Of a DNA stretch of 64,000 bases, positions 1 through 12,432 are shown piece by piece; the first letter of the stretch is position 1, and each line of letters opens with the position of its first letter. The stretch lies in NCBI GenBank assembly GCA_051362555.1, contig CM120641.1:23194401-23258400 (forward strand), read 5' to 3'. Both the position numbers and the translations under genes were made by a program. The notes under the pieces were generated by a model. It had not been told where the DNA came from. It made no database searches and was given only the letters and a program-made list of their open reading frames with translations. The DNA is from Lingula anatina. Lineage: Eukaryota > Animalia > Brachiopoda.

Positions 1-2746
1 GGCACACGAAGAGTGTGGAGGAATTCAGTCTAGACTGTTTTAAATCGAGGGTGGAGTGATGCATTTTGAAAAGATAACATTGGTGAAGTTACGTATGGAC
101 TTTTAAATGTTTTTATGAAAATCACGAAATCTAAAACGATATTTCTAATGATTGATAAAAGATTTATAGGGCAATATTAAGATTTATAAAAGTTTCAAGG
201 CGTTTTGTTTTTTCTTCTAGTTTCCGCTGAGACAAAAACCGACGTTCGAGTTGTTAGACTTATAAGAGAGCTCGCTGCCCGCAGTATGCACAAAGCAATA
301 TTCAAAAGAGTGTTATCATTTGAAACTGAATGTACATATATTTTTGTTATGTTTTGCCAAGACGTAATCTTTGTTTGACCCAAGGTAACGTGATGACAAA
401 AAGAACACGATGAGTTTGTTGGTGCGTTCCACGTCAGGGCGTTTTTCAGGCTCGGTAGATTAAATGTCAACTGTGGGAGTCGCTCCTACATCGTGCCACA
501 CGGTCAGTTATCTTTGGAAAGTCGAAAAGGCCGAGTACAAAACTAAAAAGCTGAAGGTAGTGAACTTTATATGAGAAAGTGCGTTTTTTTTTCTTACTAA
601 AGGAGGTAAAAGTTTGCGAAAGAAAGCGTTCTTCTCCTGGATCTGTTGTTCATCAAGGTCTAACATGTTCTCTCTATATCTTCCTCGGTAAACAATGACC
701 TTGTTAACAGGGTTAGTAGCGACATATGTATATATGAAAAGACGTCTTTTTGTGAAAAAAAAAATAATAAAAGCGTTAGATATCTATACAAAGAAAGACT
801 GGGAAAACCTAGATGTGACAAACTTTATGAGACCGTTACCTTCTCTCACAGTTACTGGGTATATCTTGCAAGACGCATGGTCTATGTTCAATGAGGCATG
901 CTGTTTTAAATTAAACAGATTCTGAGTCAAATTAGTCATGGGACTTGTTATTTACTTATTCGCGGTGGAAAAAAAATTGCAAATGGACAGACGTAGGCCT
1001 TCGGAATCTACAACAGGAATTTTACATGATGCCCAACAAGTCTAAACAGATATGGATGAGCGAACTATATCTGACTAAACCAACAACCTTCCAAATATGT
1101 TGAGAAGGCATAGTATTAGGTCTTGGTGCAATTCTGCAATGAGGCTCAAGGATCTGCATATACCAAGAGATCAAAAAATTATCAACTAATCTGTTTGTCC
1201 ACTGAAATCACTGTTACTTGAGAATTTTTACAACAGTAAGACCCCAATCAAAACGCTCCATACTTGTTGTAATTTGCATAACAATAAGTCGCTCAGCGTA
1301 GTGCGAACTATCTTCTTGACTGGTCATTTGACAGCTTGACCATGTAAGAGGACATAGTAAAGGCGTGGTGAAGTCGCAGAACCGAACATGACATCCGTTG
1401 CAGTTTGGACCTATCACGTATGAGGGATCCATGGTTGAGGCAAATGTTTTGTGAGTAAAATGTCTTTTGTAATCCTATAAAAGTGGAAAGAAGTTGCGTC
1501 TTATGCGTATAATTCGATAATGCGGTGTGTTTGGCTATTGTCAGAGTAATTTAAATACTTCTCCCGACGAATTCATACTATATTACCAAGTTATAATATC
1601 GTATATCCTATTATATTACACGAACTAAACTTTCAGTTTGTCTGCGTAGTTTACTGCATTTACTGAAAGCTGTACGTTGATAGTTTCTGGAAATCTTGAT
1701 CTGCCAATAGACATAATTAATAATAAAAGTTGTACATGTATTTGCTATTACTTTATGGTGCCCAGATACTGTCACTTGAATAGCAGCCACACCACATAAA
1801 TTGGGCATTGGAACACAGTTGTGTTTTAAAAGGCTTCTGTATTAGTACTTTGTGAATTAGTGTGAACCTTCTCAGGTGCCTACATTAGAAACTGTTCTGT
1901 GTAACATTTCGTTTATAAATAAACATTTAATACACTAACGTAGTAGTTTATTCATGTTATATAAGCAGGCTGTACTCATTATTTTGAAATATCGAAGAAC
2001 TACATACCCCTTTTTTCAGTTGACTTTTTTTTTCAATTTGGTGTTCAGCCAGATTTAGCCTTTCTATTTTCATTTGATCTAATCTCAAGTCAGTTTTCAT
2101 TGCGGTAAAATATCATTGTAATATCGTTATCAAAAAATTATTTTTACATTTCAGAATGGCCAGCTCCTTTGCCAAGATTCTGCAAAATTTTTGTGCGTGG
2201 GATAGAAGCTCCCCTAGTCTTCTAGTCGTATTTTGGAACCACACACAGGCATGCATACGCATATTCTTACACACACACGCACGCACACACACTAATACAT
2301 GCACCACACATGCAGTATGGTGAACGTTGTGCATGCTCAATTTGTGATTTTCAAAACATTTAGACCTACATTATATTTGATTTCAACAGGCTTGATCATG
2401 ATCTTCAAACTATACCTTGGGACAAGCTTGAATGCATTTTTTTCATTCAAAGCAATATTTTATTATGCAATAGTGTAATTTGGAAATGTAAAATGCCAGA
2501 CCATGATATTGCGAGTAAGATTGTTTATTAATTCGATCAGCTACCGTATTTGCTATTATAATTTATTTAACAGAAGTTAATATTGTTTCCATCATTTATT
2601 TATGATATTATCTGACATTTGTGAAATGAAGAGCAAAAAAAAAAAAAAATAATAATAATAAAATAAATAAATATATAATAAATGCACCCTTATTTTGCAG
2701 TTTTAGACTTGATCTAAGAGACATTAAAGGGTTGTAAGAAGGAAGG

Positions 2747-3185
2747 GTTCCATTCTGTCTGAGGGGTGACAGGTGGGGAGAGTCCATTCCATTTGAGGGG
2801 TGACAGGTGGGGAGAGTCCATTCCATTTGAGGGGTGACAGGTGGGGAGAGTCCATTCCATTTGAGGGGTGACAGGTGGGGAGAGTCCATTCCATTTGAGG
2901 GGTGACAGGTGGGGAGAGGCCATTCCATTTGAGGGGTGACAGGTGGGGAGAGTCCATTCCATTTGAGGGGTGACAGGTGGGGAGAGTCCATTCCATTTGA
3001 GGGGTGACAGGTGGGGAGATTCCATTCTATTTGAGGGGTGACAGGTGGGACAAGCCCATTCCATTTGAGGGGAGACAGGTGGGTTGAGTTCATTCCTTCC
3101 ATTTGAGGGGTGACAGGTGGGTCGATTCTATTTCATTTGAGGGGTGACAGGTGGGGAGCGTCCATTTCCTTTGAGGGGTGATAGG
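2747..3185. repeat. 34-bp G-rich minisatellite, about 12-13 copies
   Basis: Unit GAGGGGTGACAGGTGGGGAGAGTCCATTCCATTT recurs at 2761, 2795, 2829 and onward. It produces the three overlapping repetitive minus-strand ORFs in the track. Confidence 0.95.
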
Positions 3186-4294
3186 TTGGGCAAGGCTATT
3201 CTATTATAGGGCACATGCAAAGAAAATCGTTCATATGTGGTTTAAGGTTTTTCCACTTTTTCATTGTTCTGTTCAAAAATTAAATTGAAGCATTCATATG
3301 TTATCAAACATGAAACATTTTATGGTAGCTTAAATCAGTGCCCGTCATAAAGACACCCAAATTATATCAAGAAAATTTAGGAAAATGTTATCTTAGCTGA
3401 GGGTAAAGTTTGTCCCAAAGGATTCATTAAACAAAATTTTCCAAACGCGAGAATTTAGTAGAATTCAAATTGAATTTGTAAATGGGGGGTTGTTGGAAAA
3501 TCTTTAAGATAGGTTCTTTCGACCGGTAAAATCTTTTTAATGCTTGAAACCCATTATTTACAAAAGCAAATTTACAAAGATTTCATATCATTTCAATTTT
3601 AGACAAGATTTACAGATCAGATTTAACCAATTGAATTTGAAAGGGTTAAACAGTTTATCTCAACCCTCCCCCCCCTATTATTAATACTTTCCTTATCAGC
3701 ACTGTTTCATATGAAAATGAAAAACGACAGAATAAAAAATGCGTTTATTAAGTTTTAATATGATAGATGCATAAATGATCGCCGGGTTCATGGATCTTTG
3801 CCGTAGGCCAGATTGCTTGCAGGAACATCGGTGGGCTTCTGAAAGAGAAAAAAAGTGTTAACTTTTAATTGTTTTTGAAACAATATGCGTGTTTATTGGC
3901 TTGTCTGAACTACAAGCTCAACAAAAAACAAAAGCTGGAAATGAGGTTGCCTTACACATAAATTATGATATGAAATGTGTTAATGATATTACTATCTGAG
4001 TAAGATAGTAAAAGGTTAAATATTACACTCGCTACTGAATATTATAACATAACACCAATAATCGTTATGCATGACGCGTTTGGGGGGTTCTCTATTGTAA
4101 TTATAATAATTTTCAAATATTTCGGAGAATTGCAAAATATCCCATTTACGTGAAATATATTGCACATTATTTAACACGATGAATTAATTAAGCACATTTA
4201 CCTAGGAAAAAAAGATGTTGAACAGCCTGTCAACCTCAATCAACAAATGGACGGCACAAGTCTCATCTGAAACAGTTATGAGAATTATTATAGC

Positions 4295-6284
4295 TTTTTT
4301 ATGTACAGACACAGATGTGTCTGTACATATTGCCATCACCTGCGTCTGTCGTCGCCGTCGCCGTCGCCGATCATGTCGCCGTCGCCGTCGCCGTGCACTT
4401 TCAGCGTTAACACCATAAGTGGAAGACAGTTTTACTTTTTGGCTTTATATTTACAGAGCTGACTAATATTCATAAAATGCAGGTCAAGTTCGAAAATCAG
4501 CATGATCGGGCCATTATTGTAGAATTTATCCTGTTTTTTCACTTTTTAGCATATATGCAACACTGTTAACACATTTCAAGGAAAACCGATAGGCCTGTTG
4601 TCATGAAACTCACAGGAGTTATCAATCTTACTAAAATGCAGATCAAGTTCGAAAATCGGCATGATCGGGCCACTATTTTAGTAGTTATGCTGTTTTTTCA
4701 CTTTTCAGCATATGTGCAACACTGTTAACACATTTCAAGGAAAACCGATAGACCTGTTGTCATGAAATTCACAGGAGTAATCAATCTTACTAAAACGCAG
4801 GTCAAGTTCGAAAATCAGCATAATCGGGCCATTATTTTATAAGTTATGCTGTTTTTTCACATTTCCTCAGATTCAATTCTTAGGCATGTTAACAGTCTCA
4901 TTATTTAACTAATAAGATTAGTAAAAGTGTTTGTTTGACATTTCCTGCATCTTTACAACATTGTTAGTTGATTATGTAAAAATGATGGTAAACTTGTTAT
5001 CATGTATTGTATAATAGAGTTTCAAAAATGGAAATAAACTCATATCATTGCAGTTTGTCAGATTCATTCATTCACTATGTTCAGAAACTCAGAATGGAGG
5101 AAATTGGACATTAAACACTGTTCTATTGATATTTTTCCCATCTCATCAATTTTCTTAGTTGATCATATATAAATGGCAGTAAATTGTTAATTTTGTTATA
5201 TGTTAAAAAATTGTTAAAAATGGAAAAAAAAAAACATTTCAGGACAGTGCTGTCTTGTCTACATTTTAGCATTTTCAAGGTGTGACTTTGAAGTTCCTTG
5301 GACCTTGTTCCTTGGACCTTTGCTAGGAACATTTTCTGAATATCCATGATACTAATATTTTATTATTAAAAATTGATGGTAATTATCCTGTTAAACATTA
5401 TGTAATATTGCATCAAAATTTGAAGACACCCCTATTTTGGACACTGCTCCCATGATGACCATTTAAGGAAAACCATGTCACTTACTGTTCTCAAACTTAC
5501 AGGAAGAAACATGGGACTTAAATAAAGCTTCAGTGGGCAATGCAGTCTATTTGGTAAATTTTTTTGGCAGTTAATCAGTTTTTTGTGAAAATTTAATTTT
5601 TCACTTATTGGCATTTTCAAGGTGTGACTTAAGAATCTCCACCGGCTTGAAGACCCATGCTAGTCACATTTCTGAAAATCCATGATACGGATCATTATGC
5701 TGTTAAGCATTATGTAATATTGCATTAAAATAGAAGAAAACACAATTTTGGGTGCTGCTCCCATGGACATGAAGCCAAATGGTAATCAAATTTTCTACAT
5801 GTCCATGCTATTTATAGTCAATATTAAAAAATTGGTGATAATTATTCTGTAATTTATTATGTAATGTTACATCAAAATTGACAAAAATCTTTTTGCACTG
5901 CTACTACAAACATTATGAAAAGAAAACTGTGTTACTTATTATTATTTTCAACTTACAAGTATGATTTGTAGGATTGGCATGCAGTTCAAATAAGGAAGCC
6001 AGCTCAAATGGGTTATCATTTATTATTGAATTTAAGCAGTTTTATGTGAAATTTTCATTTTTCTCATTCTGGCATTTTCAAAGTGTGAACTTAAACTCCC
6101 ATGGGCCTGAAGCCTTACGCTTGTTACACATTTCACTTACATTGGTATTACCTGTTGAGCATAATTAAAATTTGATGTTGAATTTGCAGTTAAGCATAAT
6201 GTACTTTTGCATCAGAATTGACAGTAGCCTGTTTTGTTATTTCTTGCTTTTTGTCTGTACATTTGACAGCTTTGCTGCCTTGTT
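4295..6284 (+). mobile_element. Non-autonomous Helentron (HINE/DINE-1-like), family A copy 1
   Basis: T-rich insertion site, 5' palindrome TGTACAGACACAGATGTGTCTGTACA, (GTCGCC)n microsatellite, 159-bp internal tandem units (4481, 4640, 4799), 3' subterminal repeat TGTCTGTACA plus a short hairpin ending in GTT. A second copy lies at 51494-53294. Confidence 0.85.
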
Positions 6285-9200
6285 TACTATTATAACAACA
6301 ACAGCATCATCATCAAAACCAACAACAATAATAATAATAATATAACTTAAAGAATACAAAATTCACAAAGGTTTTCAAACCAATAAAATGAATGAAATCT
6401 AACAGAGATGAAAATTTACCTTAAGGTTGTCTGAATAAAAAGTTTTGTTTTAATTTTCTTAATAAAACTATCGTAATTGCCGTCAAGAAAGGCGTTTGAA
6501 TTGTTAAGAAAATTTGACCATAAAATTGATGTACACCTAGATGGGGCATACTTATTCTTGGATCAAGAACTTTGACATGCATTATAATCTAAATTATTCA
6601 GTGCTCTTTGTGGTACTGCTTACACTTACACAAAATATTTTAGATTAAGTCACTGATGCTGTATTTCTCCAGAACCTTACCAAAAGTTCATACAGAGAAA
6701 AAGCAGTGTTAAAAGATTTCAAGCAAACTTAGGTTTTTATCAAAAGTCAGCAGAGAGCAGCGTTACTCCTGCACGTTTGCAAATTCAAACATTGTACATG
6801 TAACACTGAATGAGAATATATTCTAGATAATATTACGAGTGACATACAAGTAACGATGGACATACAATTACACATATTCGTATAGGCCTATACATTATTT
6901 GTTATAAATTTTCTTTCATTTACTATTGAAGAAGCAGTGATACTTACCAAACGTATTTGCTTCTACGCCTTATAAAAGCTAGACCCTTTGACTGCACCAC
7001 TCATGCTGTTCTGTCTTCACCCAAATGTGTCCAGGTGAGTATTCTTGAAGACAGCTCGCACTACGATGAGCAACTTGTTGTTATGCAAATGCAATAGGTG
7101 TGGTTCATTTTAGGTGAAAGGTTGTGACAGAAACTGTTCATGATTGTTCACGGTCAAAATACAAGTAGACAGGCCTATGGCTTATGCCCACTTGTTAAAT
7201 TCAACTACTTTATTCTAGAAAATTTATACGTACGTCTTCCACCTTGCAGTTATAAACATTCCCGTGATACAACATCTCCGTTGAGTAATATTTTGTCATG
7301 CAAATACAATATCCCTGTGACACAACGTCTTCCACAAAACTCAACACCATGGAAAGAAGATGAATGTTGATAATTTTTTTACCGATAAGTCGGTGTGCCT
7401 ACAATTCCGTTGCTGATAGACGTTAAATCCGACGACCGTTAGACCCAACTGCCACTAGATAAAAGATGAAAAATATATACCGCGATAAGTCCTCGCCCAA
7501 ATTTGACCAACAAACAATAGAAAAGAACATGTGACACAAAATTTAGTTTTAAAAATCATGACACGCGTTCATTATAACAGGACTACAATCGTTTTAAGTT
7601 AGCTGAAATGTCGTTTTGCTCAAAAGCAATTATTCCAGTTGTCATAGATATGCTCCAAAAAGTTGTATGAAACTGTCAATGTACGCTATTACTGCACTGA
7701 ATGTTTATTACTACGTTGCGATCAGTCACAATTAGTCTCGATCTACTCTGTTTGAAGATGAAAAAATTAAGAGAAAAGCTACCGGAATAATTTCTCTAAA
7801 TTCCATGAACAGTACTAGTTTTTAAAATGTCGTTGTATTATGTAAGATCGCAGTATTAAGTGCCTGAGAATTCCTACCCAAGTACTTTATTAAGTTTAAA
7901 AAATGATTTAAAAATCTATTCTGAAAAAAAAAAAGAATATAAATTGATATACAAAACCCAAGAGACAAAAAAGAGGAAAAACAATGTTATTGGAGATACT
8001 TTGATCATTGTGTGCATGTCATTTTTTCATAAGTTTATCAAAAGATGTTTACCAAGTGAGAATAACACATCACTATTCTTGGTTTATGACTGAGATTATA
8101 ATACGCAGGTAGAGGCACGAATTTGTAAATTAATACTCATGCCAAAGAAACTCTTCAAGAGGATCATTAAAGCAAACTCCTTAGGCTGTAAATGTCGCAT
8201 TTAAGGTAAAATAAAAGCCATTTAGCAACATGATCATTTTACTTGTTACTTTCTAACGAACACTGTAACAAAGATACCCTTAAAATAGTTCTGCTATATA
8301 AAATTCTCCTATGATCAGCTTATCAGTGGAGGAAATGCATGCAGGATGAGGGAGAAAGAAGATGATTCGCACATGGGGTAAGACGTACTACATATTCGGG
8401 AGAGACAACACTTGCTGCGAAGATGTTGCTGTGCAATCTATCACTCATTCTCAAAATAGCCCATTAAACATTTAATTAAAAGTAAGGAAGCAGAAGAATT
8501 GTTTTTCCAAGTGAAACATAACTAACATCAGTCTAGCAAATTAAATCACCAAAATATAAATACATGTACTAGATTTATCTGTTCTCACATAAAAACCGTA
8601 AACGGACTAAACTTTAAACCTTTGTTACTGTCGTTTGCAGCACCACCTTATTTTATCCAATCGATCTAGTTTATTTTTTACCACAATAGATAAACTGCAA
8701 CTTGTCAGGAAGTGAGTATGATTTCTAACGTCTCAGAAAATGTCTGGAATAGTTATTTTCAATAAATATCTTGTGGCTATTTTCGCGGTGTCGCGGGATT
8801 TTTAAAAAATGAGAACACCGTTTCGTCTTTTGGCGCAGGTCAGTATTTTTAGTTGTTTGATGTATCATTTCAATATCTGGCCTAAAATAAAATGTTTAAT
8901 TCTATGATATCCATGAACAGCTAGATGATATGGTGACAGGGCATATTCAAATGTATTACACGAAGCACGGCAAAACTGAAGTCTTTAATGAATCCATTCC
9001 CACATTCAAAATGATTCTGTTTTTTTTTTTCCTAAAAAAATTGGTTTTCTGTAATATTCTCTTAAGAGATTATTACAGAGTGTAGCCATCTATGGAGGTC
9101 ACGTGATGTGATGGCAAACACAAATTCCAGAATAATTGCGTTAACCACCGTTTTTTGGTGGTAAAATGGAACTTATTATATCAGCTGTTTACAATGCATT

Positions 9201-9688
9201 TATTGTGGATAACTTCCGAACAGTTGTTATCCCTTTAAGTGATATGCAAAACCTTCGTTACCAGGCATTGTGAAAAATGCACTCGAGTTTGAGGAGGTCA
9301 AGATTTATCAGTAAAATAAACGTGCATCTCGTAATTACCCCTTTAGCGCACTCTAAATTTTGACGCGCGAATTTTATCCAGAAGGTTTGTTTTTGAAGTT
9401 TTCGTTATTACTAAATACGCCAAAATTTCCCGTACTAGCAAGGCATGAATTTTAACATTTTCCATGATTTACACAAAAAGCAAGATTTATCACTTTCGGT
9501 CACCAGAGATTTAGGAAAAGTAGACTTCGTGAACATATCTACAAACCACCATAAAAAAATCCCATTCACTTCCATTGTAACGTTTAATTCGTTTAAAAAA
9601 AATACTTTCCATGCTTCAACAAGCACAGCACTTCAGGTTTAAACACTTCTACTCAATTCCTAAACAATATAAAAAAATCAGGGTACAT

Positions 9689-9993
9689 TAATAATAATAA
9701 TAATAATAATATGTATTTATTTGCAACTTAAAAAAGTTGGATTTTACAATAAAAACAAATAGTGGTGAGATGCACAATCTTAAAATATACTTGTAAGTGT
9801 TAAAATGATTTGATACACATTAAAAGTTCATAAAAACCTCAGTTCTTAAAATTTGATAAAGCCCATGGGATAAAAGTTTTTGACGATCGTACAGTCCTCA
9901 ATTTTGGCACAGTATACTTATAAACCCGGCGCAAAGTGTAGGAATTCTCATTTATCTCTGGTAGCAAATGATGGATTTTGTTATAATTTTGTT
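9689..9993 (-). mobile_element. 3' fragment of an L2/CR1-group LINE
   Basis: IHHLLP..SYTLRR..VPKLRTVRSSKTFIPWAL matches the typical C-terminus of L2/Crack-type ORF2. It is followed by a 3' UTR, AATAAA and a (TAT)n tail, and is cut off at TTAA 9994-9997. Confidence 0.75.
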
Positions 9994-9997
9994 TTAA

Positions 9998-12401
9998 TGG
10001 TATAGCCTTCCAGTGACATGACCTGTAAGGTGCTGCTGCCAGCACTAAAATGCAGCAGGGGGGAGGGCGTGTAAAACTGGCCCTGGAAGTAAAATTTTAC
10101 CTTGATATAAAAATAACACACCAAATTAAAGGTAAATGAACAAATTAATTTCTAAATTTTTTTTAGAATTTTCAAATGATCCAAAATTGAAAAATAAACT
10201 CATTTTTCTCTTATATGCAAATTCAATTGCTTCAAACCAGGGAATTATATCGGATATAATTCCCTGTTCAAACTTACCAAACAAGGAAGGCCGGGAGTGA
10301 CGTATAACCTAAAGTAGTGCTCAAATTTAATCAATCTAAATGAAATATTTACCAAAAACTCAACAGCAATCCTGAAACATATCAGGAAATTTTGGTGCCT
10401 GTTGTAACAGTATACTTATTGATATATTGCAGAATAAATTAAAACATAGTCCATCGTGTTACACCTGTAAATTACAACAAAAATGAGAGTAATTATGAAG
10501 ACCTGTGATTTTATGAAAAAGTTATATAGCACTTCCAATTTTTTTACATGAACAACTTGTTCCTTAAGCTAATCCTTGGACATAAAAACGAAGGCTAATA
10601 AAAAATCCACACATATTTACCTACTATAACCATTTTCTGAATTGTTTTATGCTCCCCACCCCCTAATTACATAGATAAACATGGATATTCCACACTTCCA
10701 AGACCTAAAACCAACATTGCATACAAAGGGCAAGGTGTCAATTCCTCACATGGAAAAAAATCCCAGTTTCAGACCTGTGTAAACACTTCCCCTGGGGAGT
10801 TGAAATCAGTAGGGGCTCTGTGCCAGGTGGCTGGGGATAGCAAGCTCACACAAACATCCTGCTGCCTGGCTTCCTGCTGCCCTGTATAAAGAGACCCTAG
10901 CTCACCCAAAAATCATACCAGCTTACAGAGTTTGTCTGAAGTTCATGAGTGAAAAATACTGTCATCTTAGAGGAGGGAAAAAATAGAGTTGCCAGAAGAC
11001 AGAATGCCAGGAAGAAAAAGGGCCAGAAAATGGTATTTTCAGCCAGGCAATACCTATGGTTCTCAGTACTGGCAAGGTGTCAGTGAAAAAAAAGCAGACC
11101 AGAGGAAAGAAGAAAGTCACCCTTTTACCAGACTGAGTGCTTCTCAGTATGAAGACCATGTGGCAGTGAGGAGAGACGGCACTCTCAGCCTCTATAATGA
11201 CGACGGAAATCCTGCTCCACACCCAAACCCAATATAGAGGTGCATTTCACAAGTTCAAGTCTCAAAATATGAAATTGAATGAATTCGATGTATTATCCAA
11301 TTTTTTAAAACTTACATGTGTATAGAACAAAAATCCACAAATGTCCCAATTTTACGCCCACGCGTTTCTGTTTTGTAAGCAAATAAATTGATAGCCGTTT
11401 GAAGTGAAAAAAGCGTAAGAAAGAACATACGTTACCACTGAATCGCCTGATATACAAACACGATCATTAGTTGAGCGCTGTGGAAATTTGTGCAAGCTAA
11501 ACACTATCAGAACTCTATGAGTCATTAATAATGGAAAAGTGATAGGAAAATACATTTAAATTGACCAGATCTAGGAAAATTACTTTCAAACTAAAGATCA
11601 TTTTTCTTTACAATGTCGACGTTGATGACTCTTTCAATAGCAGTAATTGTCAATTGTATAGAGAACTGAAAACTTTGTTACCTAAAAGTTATCTACCACT
11701 GGTCATATTCGTCGTGAATTTAAAACTCATTGACAGTTTCAAATTTTGGGTGTATTAGTTACAATACCAACTACGCCTCGCATCCTACGCATACCGTAAT
11801 GTAACGTATGTTCCACAGCCATAGAAAAGATTCGGGACACGAGTTTAATAAATATTGATAAGATATTTTTCGCTTTTTTTTCGTAGAATTTATTGAGGTG
11901 TTTAAAAGTAACTCAGACATCAAAAGTGATAACCTATTACACAAACACGATCCGCGTATCAAACGTCTTAATCATTTGCATGTAAAGAAATACAGATCCC
12001 AGAAACATCTAACCTACATGTACCACCTCTTTAAACGAAGCCTTTTTCAACACACCTATAGGTTTTCAAATACATCAGAGAATTCGTTCAAAATGAGCTT
12101 TACTATCCTCTCTGAAAGGTCTAAATTGTCTTGCGGATTTCGGCACTTTTGGGAATTAAAAAAATATGTATATATATAATGTTTGTTCCATCTATAAAAA
12201 GTAAGTGGCTCACAAAATTACGTTTTTAAGTCTTTCCATTGAGTGAGTATAAGAAACAGGTATCACTTTAGAGTTCTAGGGTCTCTACGGTCCTCATCAG
12301 TCGCTATTTAAGACAAATTGTAGGCTGCATGATTTCTTGTAAAAGTTTCCTTGAGATTTCTTAGATGTTCATACAGTGTTTTTACTGTGCCAACGTGATG
12401 G

Positions 12402-12432
<31 letters not shown>

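Noticed and set aside
1-40. AHEECGG, a PHD-like fragment at the window start
   Set aside because: Too short and truncated by the window edge.
2608-3102. Three overlapping repetitive ORFs
   Set aside because: They are translations of the 34-bp minisatellite, with no splice context or recognisable domain.
6421-8283. Possible TTAA-flanked Kolobok element
   Set aside because: The terminal match is only about 6 of 8 bp, too weak to support.
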